A stretch of DNA of 64,000 bases from Terriglobia bacterium (GCA_965218585.1 CBDCLE010000002.1:256001-320000); one strand, 5' to 3'. Counted from the first letter of the stretch, positions 53,030-63,737 are shown. Made by a program: numbers and translations. Notes: generated by a model not told the origin, from the letters alone.

Positions 53030-55640
53030 CGGTCACCTCCACCGCGCGGTTAGCGAGATCCTGTTCCCGGTCAAAATACACCTGACCGTCGATCAAGGTC
53101 ATGTCAACCCGCGCGAAGTTGCTGAGCGGGTGCGCATTGAATATCGCCAGATCACCGTCCTTTCCGACTGCGATACTTCCGACCTGGCCGTCGATACCAA
53201 GCTGCAAAGCCGGGTTGATCGTGATCATCCTTAGGGCTTCGTTCTCGGGGACGTCACCATAGCGGACCACCTTCGAGGCCTCCTGGTAGAGGCGCCTCAC
53301 GGTTTCGTTGCTGTCGGAGTTGATCGATACGTTCACTCCGTACTGTTGCATGATGGCTGCGTTGTAGGGAATGGCGTCAAAAGCTTCGACTTTGTAACTC
53401 CAGAAGTCGGCGAACGTCGAAGCTCCGGCGCCATGAGCGGCAATCTCCTGAGCTACCTTGTAACCTTCGAGAACATGTTGCAGTGTCCGGATCTTGAAAC
53501 CAAATTCATCAGCCACGTTCATCAGCATCACGATCTCATCAGCGCGATAGGAATGCGCGTGAACCATGATGTTGCCGCGAAGGATTTCAGCCAGTGTTTC
53601 CAGCTTCAGGTCGCGGCGCGGCGCCAGGGGATCTTCCCCCCTATCGACTGCTGCCTCGTATCTGTCCCATGCTCGTTGATACTCTCTGGCCAGAGTGAAC
53701 GATTCCCTAAGAGCCTGTTGAATACCCATCCGCGTTCCCGGAAAACGGCGCTCTTCCGTAGACTGTGTAGAGTTGGCTCGTGTCGGGTTTTCGCCCAGAG
53801 CGAATTTGATTCCAGCAGGTGCCCCGAAGAACAGGTCCTCAGCCGGTTTGCCCCACCGGAGCTTGATCACGGCGTTCGTTCCACCGATGACGTTGGCGCT
53901 TCCGTGAAGAATGTTGACTATCGTCGTCCCTCCGGCCAGAGCCCTGTAGATCGCGATGTCGTCTTCGCGAATCACGTCCGCGATACGGACGTTCGGCGTG
54001 ATCGGCGACGATCCCTCATTGCCTCCACCTTCAATGGCCATATGCGAGTGCGCATCGATGATCCCGGGCATGACAAAACGACCCGTTGCGTCGATCACAC
54101 GGGCGCTTTCCGGCACATCCAGATTCTGCCCGACATCCACGATCTCGCCGTCGCGGATCAGGACATCGCCGTTTTCGATCGTCCCGTCTGTGATCGTCAG
54201 GATAGTCCCGTTCTGGACCAACGTTTCGGCCGGTCCCTCGGTGATGTAGTTTCCGGGCTTAATGATGGGCGAGAGTCCACCGGGATTCTCTTCTGCGGAT
54301 TCAGCGATTTCGGTGGTTTCGGTTCCCACCGCACTATCTCCTGAGTCCTGTTCGGGCACGTTGTAAGGCCGGCCGTCCACGAAGACCCGTTCGAGCACCG
54401 TGTCCGCTCCAAACGGATCACCGTTCGCGACGACAAGGTTTGCGATCTTGCCTGCTTCCAGACTTCCCAATGCGTCGTCGATGCCCAGGATTTCTGCGGC
54501 TGACAGGGTCGTCGCCCGCAATGCGTCTTCGGTCGACAGGCCGTTGTCGATCGTTGTCCGGACGTTTTCGATGAAATCAGCGGGTTCGGTAGCGAAGCCT
54601 GACTGTAAGGCGAAACGAACGCCCGCTCCAGCCAGCATGGCCGCGTTCCGGTTGAAGAGGTCGACTTCTTCCGCGCTGTACTCCACGTCTCCAGGCCCAC
54701 GGCCGAAACTCGGCTTCTGTTTCCGCCTCTCGTAGTTCACGCTGACCAGAACCGGGATGTCTCTTTCTGCGATGAGATCCGCCACGGCCGCCGCTTCCAT
54801 GCCGCCTGCAATTATCGGATTCAGTTCGAGTTCTTCAGTCAGAGCGAGTGCACGTATGATCTCGCTGGTCCAGTCCGCATGGATTACGGCCGGGATCGTA
54901 CCCTCGGTGATCGGAACGACAGCAGCAAGAACTGGATCGAATGCGGGCCGTTCGACGCCTCTCGGGCTGGCGTCGAACCGTTCCCAGGCGTTCTGGTACC
55001 ATTCCGCATCCGCGACTGTCTGCCGGATCAGGGCCATGGCCCCCATCAGGGTCGTCGGATATCCCCGGTCGGCCCTTTCGATGTTGAAATGTAGCGCGAC
55101 CGGTGTCTTGACGACGAGGTTTTCCTCGCCCGTGTTGATCAGCGCGCTTTGCCCGGTCAGGATTCCTTCACGGGAGACGACCAATGCGCTCGTAATCCCC
55201 ACGTTTCGGGCTTCGGCAACGTTCTTCCCTTCGGCATCGACCTCTGTCGCCAGCTCTCGGTCGGGATGCAATGCCTCCGTTTGCTGGAAGATAGCCTCTC
55301 GTGTCGTCCGGGGAGGCGGTAGCGCTTCGTCCTCGTCGGAGGTGTCTCGATCGACCAGACCGATATCGCTGAAGCTATCGATCAGTCCAGGAAAAACCGT
55401 CAGTCCGTCGCCTTCGATTACCGTAGCCTCCACGGGGATCGCGACGTTCTCTCCGACAGCTTCGATCAGACCGTTTCGGATGACGATCGTCCCGTTTTCG
55501 ATCATGGGACCGGATACGGGGTAGATGCGTGCGTTTGAGATCGCGTAGACGCTGCGGCTCTGTGCGGCCACAACCGGAATATTGCTCACGACCAGCATCG
55601 AGACAATCGTCACGACAATCGCGAGATGACGATTTCGCAT
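53022..55640 (-). CDS. Secreted tandem two-domain amidohydrolase
   Basis: Domain 1 has FPGLIDS and lacks the HxH motif; domain 2 has MPGIIDAHSH, KFALGENP, HSYRADE, QHVLEGY and NSD motifs. Confidence 0.9.
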   Translation of the reverse strand: MRNRHLAIVVTIVSMLVVSNIPVVAAQSRSVYAISNARIYPVSGPMIENGTIVIRNGLIEAVGENVAIPVEATVIEGDGLTVFPGLIDSFSDIGLVDRDTSDEDEALPPPRTTREAIFQQTEALHPDRELATEVDAEGKNVAEARNVGITSALVVSREGILTGQSALINTGEENLVVKTPVALHFNIERADRGYPTTLMGAMALIRQTVADAEWYQNAWERFDASPRGVERPAFDPVLAAVVPITEGTIPAVIHADWTSEIIRALALTEELELNPIIAGGMEAAAVADLIAERDIPVLVSVNYERRKQKPSFGRGPGDVEYSAEEVDLFNRNAAMLAGAGVRFALQSGFATEPADFIENVRTTIDNGLSTEDALRATTLSAAEILGIDDALGSLEAGKIANLVVANGDPFGADTVLERVFVDGRPYNVPEQDSGDSAVGTETTEIAESAEENPGGLSPIIKPGNYITEGPAETLVQNGTILTITDGTIENGDVLIRDGEIVDVGQNLDVPESARVIDATGRFVMPGIIDAHSHMAIEGGGNEGSSPITPNVRIADVIREDDIAIYRALAGGTTIVNILHGSANVIGGTNAVIKLRWGKPAEDLFFGAPAGIKFALGENPTRANSTQSTEERRFPGTRMGIQQALRESFTLAREYQRAWDRYEAAVDRGEDPLAPRRDLKLETLAEILRGNIMVHAHSYRADEIVMLMNVADEFGFKIRTLQHVLEGYKVAQEIAAHGAGASTFADFWSYKVEAFDAIPYNAAIMQQYGVNVSINSDSNETVRRLYQEASKVVRYGDVPENEALRMITINPALQLGIDGQVGSIAVGKDGDLAIFNAHPLSNFARVDMTLIDGQVYFDREQDLANRAVEVTDE

Positions 55641-55700
55641 AAGAATCCTCCTTCGGTGGGAACCAGGTCAGGTCAGACTAGCACAGCAGGTGGGGCGATA

Positions 55701-55774
55701 TCTTCTGTAGGTGCGGTCTGTGAGCGCACAGGGCGATTCTTTGACGTGCGGTCACAGACCGCACCTACAGAAGA
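55701..55774. repeat. REP doublet (REPIN) of GTAG-type REPs
   Basis: TCTTCTGTAGGTGCGGTCTGTGA...TCACAGACCGCACCTACAGAAGA inverted pair. Confidence 0.8.
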
Positions 55775-55792
55775 GGGTCGATTGATTCTACA

Positions 55793-56191
55793 TCACGGTT
55801 CGTCCAACCGTTCAACAGCCAACGTAAGTCGATCCCTCACACCGACAACTTCTACCCTGGTGCCTTTCTGCACAGGTTCTGTAGTGGCTCGTGCGCGCCA
55901 CAGTTCGCCGCGCACGCGGATGTATCCTTCCGGCCGAAGGTCCGCGGTGACGATTCCGCGAAGGCCCACCATGAGTTGGGCGCCGGACCGGGGATTTTCT
56001 TCGTATGCCTGTCGGAGGAAGGGATAGAGAGCCAGGTCTTTGACAACCCAGAAACCCAACAGCATAACTCCCACCCAGTCTGGCATCTTCACTCTTGGCC
56101 TGAGGAAAAGCAACAGGAACAAAAGGAAGAACCAGCCCGGAACCTGAATGAGCATGTATTTCCGAAAGGTTCGATCCGATAGCCAGTTCAT
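55793..56191 (-). CDS. NfeD-family protein
   Basis: Two TM segments followed by an OB-fold pattern LRPEGYIRVRGELWRA...KGTRVEVV. Confidence 0.82.
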   Translation of the reverse strand: MNWLSDRTFRKYMLIQVPGWFFLLFLLLFLRPRVKMPDWVGVMLLGFWVVKDLALYPFLRQAYEENPRSGAQLMVGLRGIVTADLRPEGYIRVRGELWRARATTEPVQKGTRVEVVGVRDRLTLAVERLDEP

Positions 56192-56315
56192 GAGGTCACC
56201 GTTTAGAGCGCTTTCGAAGGATACGAAAGGGAAGCGGCCCAGGCAACAGGCCTTGACGCCGAGTCGGGATCGTGCGGACAATTAGCCCTCGACGATCAAC
56301 GAAAGGGAGACCCCA

Positions 56316-57191
56316 ATGAAACTCGGTATTCACGTTGTCAGCCTCACATGGCCGGATAGTCCGCAAAGCCTCGCGCCCACGCTCCGCCGGATCGCGGAGA
56401 CCGCCGAAGAGATCGGTTGCTCCTCGGTTTCTGTCATGGATCACTATTTTCAGATGGAAGTCTTTTTCCCGGCCGAGCATGAAATGCTCGAAGGCTACAC
56501 AACGCTGGGGTTTCTGGCTGCCTGCACCGAACGCGTCCAATTGAGGCTTCTCGTGACCGGCGTTACATATCGGCATCCGGGCCTGTTGGCCAAGATTGTA
56601 ACAACGACGGATGTCCTCTCAGGCGGACGAGCGGAACTGGGAATCGGGGCAGCCTGGTACGATCGCGAGCATGTGGGTCTGGGCGTTCCGTTTCCGCCTA
56701 TTTCAGCGCGTTTCGAACGTCTGGAAGAGACGATCCAGATCTGTAAACAGATGTGGAGCGACAACAATGGTCCTTTCGAAGGCAAGCACTATCAGCTGGC
56801 GGAAACCCTCTGTTCACCCCAACCCATCGCCAAACCCCATCCGCCGATCATGATCGGGGGTATGGGAGAGAAGAAAACCTTGAAGTTCGTTGCCCGGTAT
56901 GCTACCGCCTGCAACCTCATTACGGGGGATCTGGACGAGGCGAAGCACAAACTCGATGTACTTCGAGAGCACTGCGCAAACGAAGGCACTGACTATGACG
57001 CGATAAAGAAGGCGGCCCTCTATAGAGGACAGGCGTTAGGCGGGGGTGATGTTGCAGCGTTTGTCAACGAAATGAAGGACTATAGTGCCGCCGGCTTTAC
57101 CGAGGTATACATCGTGCCCATGGGCCCCGACCCCGTCGCTTTCGTCGAGCAGATGCGAGGGCAGCCCATGGAAGATCTTGCCGGCTTTTAG
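56316..57191 (+). CDS. LLM-class (F420-dependent-type) oxidoreductase
   Basis: VMDHYFQ, YRHPGLLAK, DVLSGGR.ELGIGAAW and PPIMIGG.GEK motifs. Confidence 0.9.
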   Translation: MKLGIHVVSLTWPDSPQSLAPTLRRIAETAEEIGCSSVSVMDHYFQMEVFFPAEHEMLEGYTTLGFLAACTERVQLRLLVTGVTYRHPGLLAKIVTTTDVLSGGRAELGIGAAWYDREHVGLGVPFPPISARFERLEETIQICKQMWSDNNGPFEGKHYQLAETLCSPQPIAKPHPPIMIGGMGEKKTLKFVARYATACNLITGDLDEAKHKLDVLREHCANEGTDYDAIKKAALYRGQALGGGDVAAFVNEMKDYSAAGFTEVYIVPMGPDPVAFVEQMRGQPMEDLAGF

Positions 57192-57280
57192 TAGAGGCGA
57201 TCCGTCTATTTTCGTTAGTCAGTGGGCTCGAAAACCTAGCGCTTCCCCGGTCCGATCAAGAAAGACTCCCAGTCCTTCAC

Positions 57281-57565
57281 TCAAGCACCGTTCTCAGCGC
57301 CCGTAAACAGAAACAGAACCCCAAGGATGATAAATAGGACGCCGGCCCCCTGCCTGAGAAGGACGGGCGAAATAATTCGACCTACACCCTCTCCGATGAT
57401 CACAGCGATCGCTGAGGTCACTACAAGGGCGAGTGAGGCCCCTAGGAACACCATCCATCGGGATGAAGCCGACGCGGCGAACGAGAACGTCGCCAGTTGC
57501 GTCTTGTCACCCAGTTCAGCCGCGAAAATCGTAACGAAAGTCGTCAGCAGCAGTCTCCAGTCCAT
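57281..57565 (-). CDS. TMEM165/GDT1 (UPF0016) family protein
   Basis: AELGDKTQLA motif and three TM segments. Confidence 0.9.
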   Translation of the reverse strand: MDWRLLLTTFVTIFAAELGDKTQLATFSFAASASSRWMVFLGASLALVVTSAIAVIIGEGVGRIISPVLLRQGAGVLFIILGVLFLFTGAENGA

Positions 57566-57682
57566 TCTGTTGGCCTCCTGAAACGGAATGATGGCTTTGA
57601 TTGGCGACGTGTGGCAAGCTGATCCGACGATCGAACGAGCCTTGAAGTTTCTGGCTCGAGCATCAGGCTGGGAGGTGGACAG

Positions 57683-58626
57683 ATGCGGATTGTTCTGAGA
57701 GTTGTAGTTTTGTGCCTAGTCTTACTGGCCCTCGCACATCCCGCGTGGGCGCTTCAGAACGGTTGTAATGAGACGGCCCTTACGCTGCAGGTGCTCGGTC
57801 TGGCGGTCCTTTTTCCCGCGACGCCCGCGCTTCCTCGAGCTACCTGGTCTGGGTCGATGGACGTGCCCGGATCATGGTCGATGCTGGTGGCGGGGCTTTT
57901 GCACGATTCGGAGAGGCTGGAGCCCGGATCGAAGATCTGAGCCTCCTCGCGATCAGCCATTTCCATCCCGATCACGTATCGGACGTGCCCGCCTTACTGT
58001 GGACGAGCAACAACTTCAGAACTGCGACCCTTCCCTTTGTCGGTCCGTCGGGAAACGATGTGATACCCGATGCCGCCACTTTCTTGAATCGCTTGTTCAG
58101 TGACGAGGCCGGGGCGTTTCCTCCTTTGTCCGGGACCGTTGGTGGGAGGAACCGAAGCGTTCGGTTGGACGTCACTACGGTTGACACGGACGAACCTGAT
58201 CCCACCATGGTATTCGAATCCGACGGTCTGAGTGTCAGTTCGATCGGAGTGCCGCACGGCATACCGGCGCTTGCGTATCGGGTCGAGGCGGGGGACGTCA
58301 GCATTGTCTTCAGCAGCGACCAGAACGGCAGCGACCCCCGTTTCGTCGAATTTGCCCGCGACGCCACCGTTCTCGTGATGCACTTCGCCGTTTCAGAAGC
58401 TTCCCGATCCGGTATCCACGCGCGGCCAAGCGTGGTGGGTCAGGTCGCGCGCGACGCCAACGTCGAAAAACTTGTCCTCAGCCATCTGATCGGTATCGAA
58501 CCGGAAGATCAGCGGTTTTCTAACTTCAGTGCCGGCGACCTCGAGGCAAACGTAGGAGTGGTCCGCGAGTCATATTCGGGCGAACTCGTCGTCGCGGAAG
58601 ATCTGCTCTGCATCGACGTCGAATAG
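57683..58626 (+). CDS. Exported MBL-fold metallo-hydrolase (frameshift near 57800)
   Basis: Signal peptide and LQVLG in one frame; GGP...RASSSYLVW..., DAGGG, SHFHPDH and LVLSHL in the next. Confidence 0.82.
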
Positions 58627-58686
58627 GCTGCGGAATACACTAAGGTCCGCCTACGAAGCCCCCTCAAGATCGGGCCGCGCGATTCC

Positions 58687-59547
58687 CTATCTCAGCTCTG
58701 TCATGAATCCCGGCAGACTCCACTGCGTCTGCAGGCTGGTGGGTGTGTATGCGGGGTACTCCATGCCCAGTATTGCGCCGATCTCTTCCTGACTTCGGCC
58801 TTCCCGTATCAGGCCTGTTACGCGGTCCCGAAGAACCACGACGTTGTCCCGATACGTCCTAAGACCGGCGACGTCGGTGACCGTACCGTGACCTGGAATC
58901 ACGGTTTCGAAGTCGAACTCTTCCATCATTGCGTCCACACTGGTTGTCCAGTCGACGATGCTGCCGCCGCCGTTGTAATCGATCAGCGGCGTCGTTCCAG
59001 CCAGCATGTCGCCCATGTGGACCGTTCGCAGCTCGGGAAAGTAGATGATCGCGTCAGTGCCCGTGTGACCACGGCCAAAATGTCGGGCGCGCACTTCCTG
59101 ACCACCGAGGAAAATCGAGAGCTCTTCAGTGAACACAAGACGTGCGGGCACCATACCCGGGGCAGCGTTGGACTGTTTGCCTTCCAGGATGTTGGTCCGG
59201 GCATTAGTCGTCGAAATCACTTCGGCAACCTCCAGGAATCTGGAATTTCCGCCGGCGTGGTCACTGTGATAGTGCGTGTTGATGACGTAGCGGATCGGTT
59301 GGTTCGTCACGCTGCTGACATTCCTGACGATTTCATCGTAGTTTTGCTCGAACTTGTCGTCGATCAGGATCACGCCTTCGTCGGTTACCAGGACACCCAC
59401 GTTTCCACCGCTGCCGATGACGATGTAGAGATTGTCGGTCACCTCTTCGATCGTCAGTGTCGGGGCTTGCTGTCTGGCTACCGTCACTGCCGCGACGCCG
59501 GCTCCGAGAACTGCCGCCAGAGCGATGATCAGGATTCTTGTACGCAT
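58687..59547 (-). CDS. Exported MBL-fold metallo-hydrolase (cyclase-like)
   Basis: NTHYHSDHAGGN, GHT, HMGD and IPGHG motifs; GGAGG RBS before ATG 59547. Confidence 0.88.
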   Translation of the reverse strand: MRTRILIIALAAVLGAGVAAVTVARQQAPTLTIEEVTDNLYIVIGSGGNVGVLVTDEGVILIDDKFEQNYDEIVRNVSSVTNQPIRYVINTHYHSDHAGGNSRFLEVAEVISTTNARTNILEGKQSNAAPGMVPARLVFTEELSIFLGGQEVRARHFGRGHTGTDAIIYFPELRTVHMGDMLAGTTPLIDYNGGGSIVDWTTSVDAMMEEFDFETVIPGHGTVTDVAGLRTYRDNVVVLRDRVTGLIREGRSQEEIGAILGMEYPAYTPTSLQTQWSLPGFMTELR

Positions 59548-59825
59548 ATCGTCCTCCTTCGAGAAGATCTTCCGGGGATTGACTCGGGATTCTACAGCGA
59601 TTGTCTCCGCGAATCCAAGGGTCGTTGGGATTGACCTGTGTTCGCCTAAGCCGGCAAGTAGCAGGAATTCATCACATGAACCGGACTCGAAACTTTCCTT
59701 GCTTACAAATTCCACCTGTAGTTAGATTTACCCGTATTCTTACAGTTCAGTTCTGTCGAAGGTGAAACGGCCTCGGCTTGGCCGCCCCACGCTCGCTACT
59801 CGAGCTCTCACCGGGAGGAGGAACG

Positions 59826-61742
59826 ATGAAGTTCTTTCGACTGGCGTTGATCGCGTCTTTTGCGGTCTCTCTGTCAGCCCAAAACAACAATGCGGAAGAA
59901 TCCTTGTTCCAGGCGATCCAAAGCGGTGATACCGCCGCGGTGGCGCGACTGATTGACGACGGAGTCAGCGCCAACATCACAGACGAAGAGGGCATTCCGG
60001 TACTGATGCTGGCCACTCTTTTCGCGGATGCCGAATGTGTCGAGGTGCTGTTGGAGGGTGGAGCGGATCCCAACCAGGCCGATGCTGTGGGTGCGACGGC
60101 ATTGATGTGGGCTGTTCCTGACCTCGAAAAGGTTCGGCTGCTGATCGACCACGGTGCGGACGTCAACGCGCGATCCGATGGGCTCGGTCGGACCGCACTA
60201 CTGATTGCGGCTGGATATCCGGGGACCAGTAGCGTCCTCGAGTTGCTCCTGGACCACGGAGCCGACCAGAGGGCCACAGATCCCAATGGCTTTACCGCGC
60301 TGGCGATGGCTATGCGGTCCTCCGATGTAGGGGTGTTGAGGTTCCTGGTTGACAGAGGTATGGATCCCGGCGAAGAGGTCCCTGCTGCGGCGTTGCGAGC
60401 TGTTTACGTCCGGGACCGGCCAGAGACGATCGATTACCTGATGTCCCGGGGGCTCCGCATTACCGAAGGCGCCTTGATCGATGCGTCCAACAGACGGAGC
60501 CCCGAGTTGATCGAGCAATGGATCGAGCAGGGAGCAAACGCCAATGCCGAGGGCCGCCCTTACGGCAAGACGCCGTTGCTGACGGCGGCATCTTCGGAAC
60601 TGGCGGGCCCGGAGACGTTACGGCTCCTGATCGAAAGTGGCGCCGACCCAAACGCGGAGACCACTGAAGGCGAGAGACCGCTTGATTGGGCAATCTACAG
60701 AGCGGATCAAGCAAGAATAGCCGTGCTTCGGGAGCTTGGAGCGACACGGGGCGACGGTCCGCGACAGGAAGTTTTTGCTGCGCCCCGGCCGGGGGGGATT
60801 GCCGATCCTCGACTCTCCGTAAGGCGAGGTGTTCGGCTACTGCTCGAGTCCGCTCCACCGGTGTTCGATTCGCGCGCATGTATCAGTTGTCACCACAACA
60901 CGGTACCGGCGGCCGCCGCGACTCTGGCCCGGCGTAAGGGTATCCCCCTGGATGAGGATCTGGTTTCGGAGAACATTGACGACATTCTTACCGTATCCGC
61001 GTTGGCCCGAAACCCGATGATGCAGGGAGTCGCGGCCGTTCCGGGAGGGCACGCCCTGACGCTCGGGTCCAGCCAGATGGCGCTTCACGGGGAGGGTTAT
61101 CCACTGGACAAGGTGACGGCGTCGATGACGCATTGGATCCTGGCCTCGCAGATGCCCAACGGAAGCTGGCTCGGGAACGGCGTCAACCGGCCTCCGATCG
61201 AATACAGTACCGTCACCCACACGGCGATGGGGGTCCGGGGCCTGACTCTCTATCCGACTCCGGGAGGTGCGGCTCGGATCGAGGAGGCTCTGGAGAAGGC
61301 TCGGGGCTGGCTGCTGTCTGCGGAAACCAACTCGGCCGAAGAGCGTGCCATGCGGCTCGTGGGCCTGGTCTGGGCTGACGCGCCCGTGTCCGCCTGGGAA
61401 CCAGCGATTCAGGAGATACTCCGGCAACAGACAGCGACGGGAGGTTGGTCACAACTGCCACAGTTGGATCCGGACGCTTATGCGACGGGGATATCCCTTT
61501 TTGCGCTGCATGAGGCCGGTATTCGGGTGGCCGACGAGGCATACCGGAAAGGCGTGGAGTTTCTACTGAGCACGCAATACCAGGACGGATCGTGGTTGGT
61601 CAAGAGTCGGGCTTTTCCGTTGCAGCCGTACTTTGAAAGCGGCTTTCCGTTCGGCCGGCATCAGTGGGTTTCAGCGGCCGGTACGGCCTGGGCCGCACTC
61701 GCCATCGCCCACACGTTACCGGATACCGAAAGCGTGGACTGA
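59826..61742 (+). CDS. Exported ankyrin-repeat protein with CxxCH and a prenyltransferase/squalene-cyclase-like barrel
   Basis: Signal peptide, several G.T.L..A...GAD.N repeats, CISCHH, and QW-like motifs (QMPNGSW, QTATGGW, QYQDGSW). Confidence 0.85.
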   Translation: MKFFRLALIASFAVSLSAQNNNAEESLFQAIQSGDTAAVARLIDDGVSANITDEEGIPVLMLATLFADAECVEVLLEGGADPNQADAVGATALMWAVPDLEKVRLLIDHGADVNARSDGLGRTALLIAAGYPGTSSVLELLLDHGADQRATDPNGFTALAMAMRSSDVGVLRFLVDRGMDPGEEVPAAALRAVYVRDRPETIDYLMSRGLRITEGALIDASNRRSPELIEQWIEQGANANAEGRPYGKTPLLTAASSELAGPETLRLLIESGADPNAETTEGERPLDWAIYRADQARIAVLRELGATRGDGPRQEVFAAPRPGGIADPRLSVRRGVRLLLESAPPVFDSRACISCHHNTVPAAAATLARRKGIPLDEDLVSENIDDILTVSALARNPMMQGVAAVPGGHALTLGSSQMALHGEGYPLDKVTASMTHWILASQMPNGSWLGNGVNRPPIEYSTVTHTAMGVRGLTLYPTPGGAARIEEALEKARGWLLSAETNSAEERAMRLVGLVWADAPVSAWEPAIQEILRQQTATGGWSQLPQLDPDAYATGISLFALHEAGIRVADEAYRKGVEFLLSTQYQDGSWLVKSRAFPLQPYFESGFPFGRHQWVSAAGTAWAALAIAHTLPDTESVD

Positions 61743-61867
61743 TCACGCGCCTGACCCCAAACCCTCGGTTCAAACTTTGAGCACAGCACTCGCCTGGGGA
61801 TCAAAAGACTCCCTCTCCGGTTCGCGTCCGCTTTCCTGTTGCCACGTATTCGTGTAAAAAAGAACAT

Positions 61868-62000
61868 ATGGCAGACACCGAAGTCCTACTGGAACCGGCG
61901 ATACAGCCGATGCGCCGGCTCCTTTCATACCTGACGCCCATGCGGCGCCGACTCTCCACTTCCGTTGGTTATTCAGTTGCGAACAAGATACTCGACCTAG
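61868..62000 (+). pseudogene. N-terminal fragment of an ABC transporter (TM/ATP-binding fusion), cut by IS1380
   Basis: MRRLLSYL..MRRRL...SVANKILDL resembles MdlB/MsbA-type N-termini. The frame does not continue beyond the IS. Confidence 0.45.
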
Positions 62001-63737
62001 CCCGCATGTTTCACCAGTCCGGCGATCAGGGGGATTTGGGCAGTAAGAATCGGATTCGGGAGGATCTGGGTTCGAATTGGGCATGTGTGGCGTGACTCGG
62101 CGGTGTCGACAAGCGGGAGTTGCTGCGTTTTCGGGTTCAGAAGAGGGTGACGAAACGCACTGAGACAAACCTCGGCGGAGCCGAAAAGAGCGAGTCGATT
62201 TTGGCGCAGGGGATCGGGTCGGTTCTCAGCAGCGCAGAGGAAGCGCCTGCAGGTTTCGATGGACGAGGGCAAAGACCTCGGCGTAGGGATAGGCTTCCGA
62301 CATGGAGATCCAGATGTTGCGAACCGTCAGACGGACTTGAGCTCCGATCTTGAGGAGCTTCAAGCGGATCGTCTGGCACTGAGCGCGGGCCAGATCGGTA
62401 TTCTTCAGTCCCAGACGGCGTAACGCGTGCAGGAGCATGTAGGCGGCCGAGGACAGATAGAGCCGGAGTTGATTGGCGCGCATGGTTGCCGCGCTGGTCC
62501 GGTCGGCGAATAGATCCAACTGCTGTTCCTTGATGCGATTTTCCATGTCGCCCCGCGCACAGTAAAAGTCTTCATAGAGGGCGCGGGCGTCCAGGCGTTC
62601 CGGCGACAGTGAGGTCACAACGAATCGAGGATTGGCGCCTTTCTCCAGGAACTCGGCCTTGCCGATGACGCGTCGGGTGCAGGTCCAGCTCTTCCGAGTG
62701 CGATACCGGAAATCGTTAAACACCCGCGCCGGTTTCCCGGTGTCGTTAAACTCGGCTTCGGCCTGACTCATCGATTCAGCGATCTCGCGCTTGAGCCGAT
62801 CGTTCTTGGCCAGACCCACCACGTAATCGACCTGGTGGGCCTCGCACCAACTCAGCAATTCATCCCGGCAAAAGCCCGAGTCGGCCCGGATGATAATCGA
62901 CACCTCCGGCCAGCTCTGCCGGATCTGGCCGATGATGCGGTTCAATTCCTCGACGGCGCCGTCCGCACCGTCGACATTGGAGCACCGCAACCGGGCGCAT
63001 AGCAGATGCTCTCCCGAAAAGATGTAGAGCGGCAGATAACAGTAGTTGCCGTAGTAGCCGTGAAAGAACCGTCCTTCCTGATGGCCATGGATCGGATCAT
63101 CGGTCGCATCCAGGTCCAGAACAATCTCCTCGGGCGCCGATCCGTGAGCCGCCACAAATGCATCCACCATCCAGCGGTCGATCTTGTCCGGGTCCATGGC
63201 CATCTTCTTGTACCGCTCCTTCCCATCGACTTGCTCCCCGGTCAGTTCCAACCGGTTCAGCGTACACTTGCCCGCCAACGCTTTTCCCCGGTCTCGGGCC
63301 TGCCGCCGCTTCTCCCCCAGTGGATCGGCCTTATCCACCGCCACGGCCAGCATCGGATCGGTCCGCAGTTGGTCATGATCGTTCAGATCCTCGTAGCCCA
63401 GACAGAGTCCGTAGACGCGCTGCCCCAATAACTCGCTCACCGTGTGTTCGATCAACCTCGCGTCCCGGTAATCCCTGAAACACTCGGCCAGTCCGGCGAT
63501 CAGACCCGTTCGCTTTTCCACTTCCCTCAACAGCAGAACCCCAGCGTCGGAGGTGATCTTTCCGCCGTCAAAACGCGCCTTCACTTTTCGTTGAAGAAGT
63601 CCGTGAAATTCGAACGTCGTTTGGTTACACTCTGTTCTCATAAGGGCCGTCTCCGTTTGGCTTGTTAAACGTTTATTTCAAAACGCTTTATGCCAGACAG
63701 GGCGGCCTTTTCTGGTCCTATCGGTGAAATATGCGGG
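62001..63737 (-). mobile_element. IS1380-family insertion sequence (1737 bp)
   Basis: IRs CCCGCATGTTTCACC / GGTGAAATATGCGGG, with CTAG on both flanks (61997-62000, 63738-63741). Confidence 0.9.
62226..63641 (-). CDS. IS1380-family transposase
   Basis: FDGGKITSDAG, GYEDLNDH, LDLDATDD.IHG.QEG, RADSGF and RGDMENRIKE motifs. Confidence 0.94.
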   Translation of the reverse strand: MRTECNQTTFEFHGLLQRKVKARFDGGKITSDAGVLLLREVEKRTGLIAGLAECFRDYRDARLIEHTVSELLGQRVYGLCLGYEDLNDHDQLRTDPMLAVAVDKADPLGEKRRQARDRGKALAGKCTLNRLELTGEQVDGKERYKKMAMDPDKIDRWMVDAFVAAHGSAPEEIVLDLDATDDPIHGHQEGRFFHGYYGNYCYLPLYIFSGEHLLCARLRCSNVDGADGAVEELNRIIGQIRQSWPEVSIIIRADSGFCRDELLSWCEAHQVDYVVGLAKNDRLKREIAESMSQAEAEFNDTGKPARVFNDFRYRTRKSWTCTRRVIGKAEFLEKGANPRFVVTSLSPERLDARALYEDFYCARGDMENRIKEQQLDLFADRTSAATMRANQLRLYLSSAAYMLLHALRRLGLKNTDLARAQCQTIRLKLLKIGAQVRLTVRNIWISMSEAYPYAEVFALVHRNLQALPLRC

